DNA from: an uncultured Planctomycetaceae bacterium
Lineage (GTDB): Bacteria > Planctomycetota > Phycisphaerae > SM23-33
Assembly (NCBI GenBank): GCA_964616985.1
Contig: CAZTVF010000002.1
Location: 25,114-89,113 of the forward strand
Length of the DNA stretch: 64,000 nt
Reading direction: 5' to 3'
Shown: positions 55,128 to 61,636 of the stretch, piece by piece
Layout: every line of letters starts with the position of its first letter
Position numbering within the stretch: the first letter of the stretch is position 1
The notes under the pieces: generated by a model
The model's input: the letters and a program-made list of their open reading frames with translations, nothing else
What the model was told of the DNA's origin: nothing
Database searches by the model: none
Made by a program: the position numbers and the translations under genes

Positions 55128-55585
55128 TCCCGCCCCTGTGCCAGCGGCCGGTGGATCTGCGAGAACAAGACCCTCAGGTCATCAGGATCGTGGAAGTCCG
55201 CCAGGGCCGCCGGAATGGCGAGGCACCCCTTGCCCGTGGCGATCGTTCGCCCCGAGGAGGAGGCTACCCCGTGGAACACGACGCCGTCGCTGCGATAACT
55301 CGCGACCTGGACATCCATATGAAGGCTTTGCCCGGGCCCCAGCGGCTCGTGAAAACGAACCTCTTCGAATCGGACCAGCAGGCCCATCTGCGTGAAGTCC
55401 GACGACAGGACGATCAGCCAATTGCCCAGTTGGAACAGGGCCTCCATCAACAGGCTTTCGGGCAGCGAAGCCTCGCGGCCCATCCGGCTGCGCAGGCAGT
55501 ATTCCTCGAGCGACAGGGCCTTGATGCCCGCGATGCTCCGCTGCATCTGCCAATCGAGGATCCTGTCCACCATGCGGAACTTCAT
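55124..55585 (-). CDS. hot-dog-fold protein (FabA/FabZ-like but lacking the canonical HFP His motif)
   Basis: 'MKFRMVDRILDW...IAGIKALSLEE...LPESLLMEALFQLGNWL...RFEEVRFHEPLGPGQSL'. It aligns in layout with the FabZ at 59733..60185, but 'DHFPxxPVMPG' is replaced by 'RMGREASLPES'. The ORF-track extension to 56236 is an out-of-frame overlap with the reductase gene. Confidence 0.65.
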   Translation of the reverse strand: MKFRMVDRILDWQMQRSIAGIKALSLEEYCLRSRMGREASLPESLLMEALFQLGNWLIVLSSDFTQMGLLVRFEEVRFHEPLGPGQSLHMDVQVASYRSDGVVFHGVASSSGRTIATGKGCLAIPAALADFHDPDDLRVLFSQIHRPLAQGRE

Positions 55586-56319
55586 CAGATGCCCCCGTCG
55601 ACGAAGATCGACTGCGCGTTGATGTAGCTGCTGCGGCCGCTGGCCAGGAACGCCACCAGTTCGGCGACCTCGGCCGGCTCGCCCGCGCGAGACAGGCAGC
55701 AGAAGTCGTTGTACTTTTCCCGCTGGCGGGGCGGCACGTTCTCGCTGACTCCGCCGCTGAGCATGCCCGGCACGACGGCGTTGACGCGGATGTTGTACCG
55801 CCCCAGCTCGCGGGCAAGCGAAAGCGTGAAGCCCATCACGGCGCTCTTGGCGGTGGCGTAATGAACCGGAACCTCCAGCACGCGCATGCCCGCCAGCGAC
55901 CCCAGATTGACGATGTTGCCGCTCTTGCGGCGGATCATGCCGCGCGCGAATGCCTTGGTGGCCAGGAACATGCCTTTGACGTTCACGTCCATCACCAGGT
56001 CCCAGTCCTTCTCCTCGATCATGGCGAAGGGCATGACCTGCGTGGCGCCGGCGTTGTTGACCAGCACGTCGACGCGGCCCATGTCCTGCTCGATCGTCTG
56101 GGCCAGGGCCTGGCAGGCCGTGGCGTCCAGCACGTCCAGCGGATAGGCGCGAACCGTCCCGCCGGCGTCGAGGCACTGCTGCTGGAGCGCCTGGGCCCGG
56201 TCGGCATGCGAATGGTACGAGAATGCGACGCGGCAATGCTCGCGGACCAGCACGCGCACGATGGCTGAGCCCACGGCCCCGCTGCCGCCGGTCACAAAGG
56301 CAACCTTCCCCTCAAGCAT
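55585..56319 (-). CDS. 3-oxoacyl-ACP reductase-like SDR (FabG-like)
   Basis: 'GKVAFVTGGSGAVGSAI' (TGxxxGxG), 'NNAG', 'YATAKSAV' (YxxxK), 'PGMLSGG'. ATG 56319 overlaps the ACP stop by 8 nt. Confidence 0.85.
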   Translation of the reverse strand: MLEGKVAFVTGGSGAVGSAIVRVLVREHCRVAFSYHSHADRAQALQQQCLDAGGTVRAYPLDVLDATACQALAQTIEQDMGRVDVLVNNAGATQVMPFAMIEEKDWDLVMDVNVKGMFLATKAFARGMIRRKSGNIVNLGSLAGMRVLEVPVHYATAKSAVMGFTLSLARELGRYNIRVNAVVPGMLSGGVSENVPPRQREKYNDFCCLSRAGEPAEVAELVAFLASGRSSYINAQSIFVDGGI

Positions 56320-56725
56320 CGACGGCCTCCTGCGGCTTGGCCGCAAGCTTGCGCTGGATGAGATGCACGAACACCGCCACGTTGAGGACCGACGGCACCT
56401 CGATCTTCTTCATTCCCGGCCGCAGTGTCTCCGGCGGCACCTCGGGCAGGGCCTTGCGCAGCTCCGCCACGGCCAGCGAGGTCAGGCAGCCGTCGCGCTC
56501 ATACTCGCCGCTGGGCACCTGCCCGCTCGCCTGGCGTTCAAACTCGTCGGCCTCGATCGTGATGCCGAAGCTCTCCTCGATCAGGAAGCTCAGGTCGAGC
56601 AGGTCGATGGACTCGGCCCCCAGGTCCGCCATCAGGTTGCTCGTCATCGCCACCTGGTGGGCCTTGGCACCCGTGACCTCGCGGATCAGCGGCAAGAGCT
56701 TGTCAAATACCTCGGTCTCAGTCAT
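56312..56725 (-). CDS. acyl carrier protein with a ~60-aa C-terminal extension
   Basis: 'VFDKLLPLIREVTGAKAHQVAMTSNLMADLGAESIDLLDLSFLIEESFGITIEADEFE' has an ACP four-helix layout with the phosphopantetheine Ser in 'LGAESID'. A further ~60 residues follow (...EVPPETLRPGMKKIEVPSVLNVAVFVHLIQRKLAAK...). Confidence 0.75.
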   Translation of the reverse strand: MTETEVFDKLLPLIREVTGAKAHQVAMTSNLMADLGAESIDLLDLSFLIEESFGITIEADEFERQASGQVPSGEYERDGCLTSLAVAELRKALPEVPPETLRPGMKKIEVPSVLNVAVFVHLIQRKLAAKPQEAVDA

Positions 56726-56729
56726 GGAT

Positions 56730-57338
56730 TCACCTGTATTCCACAATGTGCTCAACGGACTTCCTTCGGGGCGGCGGTGTTGTCTCGGTCGCGTAGCCCA
56801 CGGCTACAAGGCACGTGGGCTCAAACCCGGCCGGCAGGTCCAGCGACTGCCAGACTTCACCTGCCAGCAGCGGGGCGGTCATGACGCACGCGCCGAGCCC
56901 AAGCACGTGGGCTGCCAGCAGCATGTTCTGCACGGCCATCGCGGTGCTGATCGCCTCGCTGCTGGCGCGTCGCGGGTCGGCGCCGACCAGGGACTTGCCG
57001 ATCGCGGGGCTCTTCTTGCTCATGGCCAGGACCACCACGGGGGCGGCCTCGAACACCGTCGCGAAATGCAGAAGCTCCTGCCCTTGAGCAGCCAGCAGGC
57101 CCTGTGTTCCCGCGAGGCTCTCGCCCAGGCCGTGGCGCACCTGCTGGGCCAGCTGGCGAATCTGGGCCGCATCGCGAAACACCAGGAACTTCCACCCCTG
57201 GCGGTTGTGGTTCGACGGCGCCCACCGGGCCGCCTCGATCAGCTTGTCGAGCATGGCCTGTTCGGGCCGGCGATCCGTGAACGCCCGCACCGAACGTCGC
57301 GAGCGAAGCACCTCGAAGAATGCCTCTTCCTGCGTCAC
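56730..57338 (-). CDS. nitroreductase-family (FMN) oxidoreductase
   Basis: 'LRSRRSVRAFTDRRPEQAMLDKLIEAARWAPSNHNRQGWKFLVF'. GTG 57338 is preceded by GGGAGG and forms a GTGA overlap with the KAS stop. The ORF-track extension to 57464 overlaps the KAS gene. Confidence 0.75.
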   Translation of the reverse strand: MTQEEAFFEVLRSRRSVRAFTDRRPEQAMLDKLIEAARWAPSNHNRQGWKFLVFRDAAQIRQLAQQVRHGLGESLAGTQGLLAAQGQELLHFATVFEAAPVVVLAMSKKSPAIGKSLVGADPRRASSEAISTAMAVQNMLLAAHVLGLGACVMTAPLLAGEVWQSLDLPAGFEPTCLVAVGYATETTPPPRRKSVEHIVEYR

Positions 57339-58591
57339 GAGCACCTCCCGAAGATCAGCGTGGCGTTCTGCCCGCCGAAACCGAATGAGTTCGACAACAC
57401 CGTGCGGCCCTCGAACGGCCGGGCGGTGAGCGGAACATAATCGAGGTCGCACTGGGGATCGCACGCGTGGAGGTTGATCGTGGGCGGCACGCGCCGGTGT
57501 CGAAGGGTCAGTGCTGCCGCAGCCGCCTCGACCGCGCCGCTGGCGGCAATCATGTGGCCGGTCATCGACTTCACCGCGTGCACCGGCACGCGGTACGCTC
57601 GCGGGCCCAGCACTTCCTTGATGGCCGCCGTCTCGACGGCGTCGTTCTTCACCGTGCCCGTCCCGTGGGCGCTGACGCAGTCGATCTGCTCCGGCGACAG
57701 GTTGGCATCAGCCAAGGCCATGGTCATGCTCTGCACCGCGCCCCTGCCGCTGGGCTCGGGGTCCGATACGCGGAAGCCGTCCATCGAGCAGCCGTAGCCG
57801 AGTACCTCCGCATACGGCGCGACGCCGCGGGCCAGCGCGTCATCGAGACGCTCGAGGACCATGAACGCGGCACCCTCGCCCAGGACCGTGCCTTTACGCG
57901 TGGCATCGAAAGGTCGGCACGCGAGATGCGGCGTGTCATTCTCGGCCGAGAGCACGCGGAGCAGGCCAAACCCGCCCAGGCCCAGCGGGTTGAGCATGCT
58001 ATCGATGGCACCGGCCAACGCAACTGTCGCCTCGCCGCGGCGAAGCAGGCGCAGCGCCTCGCCCACCGCCTGGGCGCCGGCGGCGCACGCGGCACAATTC
58101 GTGAACCGCCCGCCGAGGAAGCCGTAGCTTCCGCCAAGGATTTCCGCCGTTGTGTCCAGCGGCGTCTGCAGGAGCTTGCCCGCCAGCAAGGCCGGAAGCT
58201 GCGACGCAATCGCCTGCCCGATGTCGTCGGCCTGCGCAAATGCCGTCAAGTCCTCCAGGCACAGCATCTCCAGCCCGACGCCCACGTGCAGCGATGCGTC
58301 CTGCAAGGTGGCCTCGGCAAGGCCGCTGTCGCCGATAGCGTCACGGGCGGCCTCCAGGCCGAGCAGCACCTTGCGGTCGCGGCAGGGCGCCGCCTGCCCG
58401 AACGCCTGGATCACAGACGCCGCATCGAAGTCGTTCACCTGCCCACCGATCCGCACGGGGAATTCCGACGCGTCGAAGTGAGTGATGGGCCCCAGGCCGC
58501 AGCGCCCGCCAGAGAGTCCCCGCCAGAAGCCGTCGCGCCCGTTGCCCACGGGGCTCAGCACGCCAATGCCGGTGACGACGATCCGGATCAT
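57335..58591 (-). CDS. beta-ketoacyl-ACP synthase II-like (active KS)
   Basis: 'MIRIVVTGIGVLSPVG', active-site 'NCAACAAGAQA', 'VSAHGTGTVKND', 'VKSMTGHMIAASG', 'SNSFGFGGQNATLIF'. ATG 58591 forms an ATGA overlap. The ORF-track extension to 59584 is an Arg/Pro/Gly shadow over the CLF gene. Confidence 0.9.
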   Translation of the reverse strand: MIRIVVTGIGVLSPVGNGRDGFWRGLSGGRCGLGPITHFDASEFPVRIGGQVNDFDAASVIQAFGQAAPCRDRKVLLGLEAARDAIGDSGLAEATLQDASLHVGVGLEMLCLEDLTAFAQADDIGQAIASQLPALLAGKLLQTPLDTTAEILGGSYGFLGGRFTNCAACAAGAQAVGEALRLLRRGEATVALAGAIDSMLNPLGLGGFGLLRVLSAENDTPHLACRPFDATRKGTVLGEGAAFMVLERLDDALARGVAPYAEVLGYGCSMDGFRVSDPEPSGRGAVQSMTMALADANLSPEQIDCVSAHGTGTVKNDAVETAAIKEVLGPRAYRVPVHAVKSMTGHMIAASGAVEAAAAALTLRHRRVPPTINLHACDPQCDLDYVPLTARPFEGRTVLSNSFGFGGQNATLIFGRCS

Positions 58592-59718
58592 ACGCCCTCC
58601 AGCAGCAAAGCGCCTTGCTGGCTGCCGTGGCCAAAGCAGTGGGCCAGCACGTGTTTGCCCGCCCCTGCACCATGGGCCATCGTGGCGGCCAGCGCCACCT
58701 GGACGGCGGCGGCCGCGGCAAACAGGTTGCCCAGGTATCGCTTGGGATGCACTCGCCGGCCGACGAGCAGCGATGCCCGCGCGATCGCTTCTGTTTCCGC
58801 CTGGGCGATGAAACGGTCGCCATCGCCCGCCGGGACGAGATCCACTGCGCCGCCTGCCCCGATGTCGCCGATCACGTTGCGGAACGTCGCCGCTAGGTCT
58901 GCGGGCGTGGGGGCGGTTCGCATCACATGCCGGGCCACCCTGGCATATATTCGGGCGCCGCGCGCCCGTGCTTGCCGTTCCTCCTCCAGCACGAGGAAGG
59001 CGGCGCCCTCGCCGGGAATGGAGCCCTCGCCGTGCTGTGCCCACGAGCGGAACGCCCCGATCTGCTGCAGGCTGACGAAGGCGAATTCGTGCGTCCGCAC
59101 ATCGCTCCCGCCCACCAGCGCGCACGCAACGCGGCCCTCCTGGATTTCCCGCACCCCGGCGGCGATCGCCTGCACGCCTTGCCCTTCCCACGGTGTATAG
59201 ATGCCGTTGGGGCCGCGAATGTTCGCGAAGATCGAGACGAAGCAGATCGGCATGTTGGCCAGGATCTTGAACGATAGCACCGGCCGGACGCGCTTGAGCG
59301 CCACGCGGCCGAATTGGGCCAGGTCCAGCCCGCCTTGGGCGTCGGCTGAGTGCTTGACCAGCGAACTGACCTCCTCGGCCGCCATACCGGTCAGGCCGGT
59401 GGCGCCGAAAAGTGCGATGGCCTGGGACGGATACGTCTGGCCCGGCTGGAGGTCGGCGTCGGCTAACGCCAGGCGCGCCGCCGCCACGGCCAGTTGCGCG
59501 TCGCGACTCATGAGCCGCAGGGATTTGCCGTCTTCGACATATTGCTCGGGGTGAAACTCTGCGATCGGGGCGACGGACTTGCACAGCAGCGACGTCGTAT
59601 CGAACGCCGGCCGCCGCGAGGCCGACTCGCCCCGCGCGATCCGCTCCAGCACCGCCGCCGGCGTGGCGCCCAGCGGCGTCACCAGCCCCAGTCCCGTTAT
59701 GACCACCTTTTCGTACAT
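58588..59718 (-). CDS. ketosynthase-like protein lacking the catalytic triad (chain-length-factor / KS-beta-like)
   Basis: 'MYEKVVITGLGLVTPLG' gives a KS fold throughout. The Cys position reads 'IYTPWEGQGVQA' (C to E). No 'HGTGT' is present (the region reads 'LVPAGDGDRF'). 'KxxxGH' is replaced by 'KRYLGNLFAAAAA'. Confidence 0.8.
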   Translation of the reverse strand: MYEKVVITGLGLVTPLGATPAAVLERIARGESASRRPAFDTTSLLCKSVAPIAEFHPEQYVEDGKSLRLMSRDAQLAVAAARLALADADLQPGQTYPSQAIALFGATGLTGMAAEEVSSLVKHSADAQGGLDLAQFGRVALKRVRPVLSFKILANMPICFVSIFANIRGPNGIYTPWEGQGVQAIAAGVREIQEGRVACALVGGSDVRTHEFAFVSLQQIGAFRSWAQHGEGSIPGEGAAFLVLEEERQARARGARIYARVARHVMRTAPTPADLAATFRNVIGDIGAGGAVDLVPAGDGDRFIAQAETEAIARASLLVGRRVHPKRYLGNLFAAAAAVQVALAATMAHGAGAGKHVLAHCFGHGSQQGALLLEGV

Positions 59719-59732
59719 GCCGCCCTTCTCGC

Positions 59733-60185
59733 TTACGGCTGCATCCAGAGCTTCATCATCGTCTTTCGCTTCTGGGCCAACTGCGGATCGTCCACGTACA
59801 TGAACGCGAAGGCCATGCCGGAACTGACCACCGGTTCCCCGTCCCGCAGGGCCTGCACGGCCACCTTGCCGCCGTTTTCGTTCAGGGCCGTCACCTCGGT
59901 CCTGTACGTGAGCGTGTCGCCCGGCCGGACGAACTCGCGAAACTTCGTCCGCTCCAGCAGCGTCAGCACCGCCTTGGCATCCCTGGCGTATTTGTCCAGC
60001 AGGCTCGCCTCCAGCAGCAGGCCCGACACCTGCGCCATCCCCTCGATCATCAGCACGCCCGGCATGACGGGCCGACGCGGGAAGTGGTCGTCGAAGAAAT
60101 CCTCGCTCAAGGCGACGTTCTTGATCGCCTCTGCCGAGCGGCCCACCTCCCACCGCGTGATTCGGTCAATCAGAAAGAATCGCAT
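59733..60185 (-). CDS. 3-hydroxyacyl-ACP dehydratase, FabZ-type
   Basis: 'MRFFLIDRI...EDFFDDHFPRRPVMPGVLMIEGMAQVSG' is the canonical FabZ motif. GGAGGAGG lies 4 nt upstream of ATG 60185. Confidence 0.85.
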   Translation of the reverse strand: MRFFLIDRITRWEVGRSAEAIKNVALSEDFFDDHFPRRPVMPGVLMIEGMAQVSGLLLEASLLDKYARDAKAVLTLLERTKFREFVRPGDTLTYRTEVTALNENGGKVAVQALRDGEPVVSSGMAFAFMYVDDPQLAQKRKTMMKLWMQP

Positions 60186-60835
60186 TTGCCTCCTCCATGG
60201 CCTTGTTGCTGGCCGCTGGCGGCGAGGAATTGCCGCACGATTTCGTCCATCTCCCCCAGGTTGGTGGTGATCGCATATCCCTTGGCCCACAAGGGGGGAG
60301 CAATCTGGGCGAGACGCCTTCTGAGGGCATGTTCCGTGGTGGCGCGCACCCGTCGGGCGGCGAGCTCCGGCGAGTGGTTCGGCCAGGCCTCCACCACCAG
60401 GACCAGGTGGTCGGGCTGGATTCTCTTCTCGATCAGCTTCCAGCCGTGCTCGGCGGCCAAGTTCCCCAAGGCTTTCTCCAGATCCTTTCGGGCCTCGCGC
60501 TGGAGCACAGGCCGCAGGCCTTGCGTCGCCAGGACCAGGCCATACTGAACACGATGCAGGACGCCCTCGTCCGTCTTTGCGAATTCGTGGAGTTTGCGTT
60601 TGATGCGGCTGATAAGAGAGGGGCGGCCCAGGACGGTGATGGATCGCGGCTGATCCGGCAGCTTGGTGAGGTATCCCTTTCTTTCCAGGGCGGCCACGTG
60701 CCCTCGGACCGCGCTGACGTTGGTCAGCCCCACCGCCTCGCCGATCTCCCGCAGGCTGGGGGCATACCCGCGATGTTGCCCGAAGTCTGACACAAAGCTC
60801 AAGATGGCTTGCTGCCTCGGTGTCAACGGCCTCAT
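60170..60835 (-). CDS. transcription factor: LexA-type winged-helix DNA-binding domain fused to an IS200/Y1-transposase-like domain
   Basis: N-terminus 'MRPLTPRQQAILSFVSDFGQHRGYAPSLREIGEAVGLTNVSAVRGHVAALERKGYLTKL' matches the LexA DBD. The C-terminus 'YGLVLATQGLRPVL...HGWKLIEKRIQPDHLVLVVEAWPNHSPELAARRVRATTEHALRR...LWAKGYAITTNLG..EIVRQFL' follows the IS200 TnpA layout, with HUH degenerated to 'DHLVLV'. There is no S24 peptidase domain. The stop overlaps the FabZ start by 16 nt. Confidence 0.7.
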   Translation of the reverse strand: MRPLTPRQQAILSFVSDFGQHRGYAPSLREIGEAVGLTNVSAVRGHVAALERKGYLTKLPDQPRSITVLGRPSLISRIKRKLHEFAKTDEGVLHRVQYGLVLATQGLRPVLQREARKDLEKALGNLAAEHGWKLIEKRIQPDHLVLVVEAWPNHSPELAARRVRATTEHALRRRLAQIAPPLWAKGYAITTNLGEMDEIVRQFLAASGQQQGHGGGKCDSF

Positions 60836-60864
60836 ATGTCCACCTGATTAGTGCTGGTGCTAAT

Positions 60865-60892
60865 ACTATAGGTGCGCATACTAATGCGTCAA
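60865..60892 (-). promoter_or_regulatory. sigma70-like promoter of the lipid operon
   Basis: The minus strand reads TTGACG (60892-60887), a 16-nt spacer, then TATAGT (60870-60865). AGGTGGA lies 4-5 nt before ATG 60835. The element sits in the only AT-rich stretch of this region. Confidence 0.5.
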
Positions 60893-61090
60893 TATCGATG
60901 TATAAAATAAAAGAATGCCGCTCTGCCAGACGGGTCACCCGTGCGAATCCAGCCGGTTCTGCCCCCGATCAGATTGCCCCTGTACGGGTTAACCTGAAGG
61001 GCGTACATAGCGGCGAGCTATATGATAATCAGTACACCAGCAATTTACGGTCGTACAACCATGCAGGAGCATGCGGGAACAGAAGAGATG

Positions 61091-61117
61091 GTGACAGGAG
61101 TGCAGGCCTGCTATACT
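61091..61117 (+). promoter_or_regulatory. possible divergent promoter for the small ORF / efflux genes
   Basis: GTGACA (61091-61096), a 15-nt spacer, then TATACT (61112-61117). The spacer is short, so this is weak. Confidence 0.3.
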
Positions 61118-61125
61118 AATGCACT

Positions 61126-61527
61126 GTGATGGACATGAAGCGAGCATCTGAGATATCCCGAGCGGTAGCCGGCATCGCCATGATCGTGCTGATGACCGTG
61201 GCATCGATGCATGGGCGGTGCCAGACCGACGACGAAACGGCCGTTAAGGAGTCGCTGGGGCTAGGCCTCGTGCCGGCTCCGTGCACGCCGAGCTCGGTCT
61301 CCGGCAGCCACTCGCATTGCTCCTGTTCCCCCTGTGGCGATCCCCCCCTCAAGGCCTCGACCGTTTCATGGCAAGCCAAGAAGTCGCACCGCGAAAGCCA
61401 GCAAGCCACTCCTGCCCCCTTGGCGCGCGTGGCCCGACTATCGCAGCCGAGCAATGACAGCCATCTTCGCCGCCTCGATCTTCCCCCGATTAACTCAGCC
61501 CTTCATAGCACGGTCCTCGTAATCTGA
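61126..61527 (+). CDS. small hypothetical membrane/secreted protein with a Cys/His-rich patch
   Basis: ORF of 133 aa. Hydrophobic 'VAGIAMIVLMTVASM', then 'SGSHSHCSCSPCGD'. The start is uncertain (61126, 61129 or 61135). No family recognised. Confidence 0.3.
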   Translation: MMDMKRASEISRAVAGIAMIVLMTVASMHGRCQTDDETAVKESLGLGLVPAPCTPSSVSGSHSHCSCSPCGDPPLKASTVSWQAKKSHRESQQATPAPLARVARLSQPSNDSHLRRLDLPPINSALHSTVLVI

Positions 61528-61636
61528 CCGCCCCGGTTTCTTTCGCCTAAGATTCTGTCTGGCACGCAAGTGCTTGCACTTTGCACGCACTTGCTGTTGT
61601 CCCCCGTTTACCCCAGATCTGGACAAGGAGACTCGC

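Noticed and set aside
47604-60835. Calling the operon an aryl-polyene, aromatic type II PKS or ladderane cluster.
   Set aside because: The aryl-polyene hallmarks (ammonia lyase/4-HBA ligase, LolA/MMPL export genes, glycosyltransferase) and aromatic PKS cyclases/aromatases are absent. The ladderane analogy rests only on similar gene categories recalled from the literature, and the genomic context is not anammox-like. I therefore report it only as an unassigned lipid/polyketide pathway.
60170-60835. IS200/IS605-type mobile element.
   Set aside because: The Y1-transposase-like domain is fused in frame to a LexA DNA-binding domain and has a degenerate HUH motif. I saw no flanking hairpins or TnpB. 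Its stop codon overlaps the FabZ start. It looks like a domesticated domain, not an active insertion sequence.
51118-60938. Long N-terminal extensions in the ORF track: 57335..59584 (749 aa), 58588..60153, 59733..60938, 55124..56236, 52140..53663 and 51118..52398.
   Set aside because: The extensions are Arg/Pro/Gly-rich and overlap the upstream gene in another frame. Family-typical N-termini begin at internal ATG/GTG codons that have Shine-Dalgarno-like sequences and start-stop overlaps.
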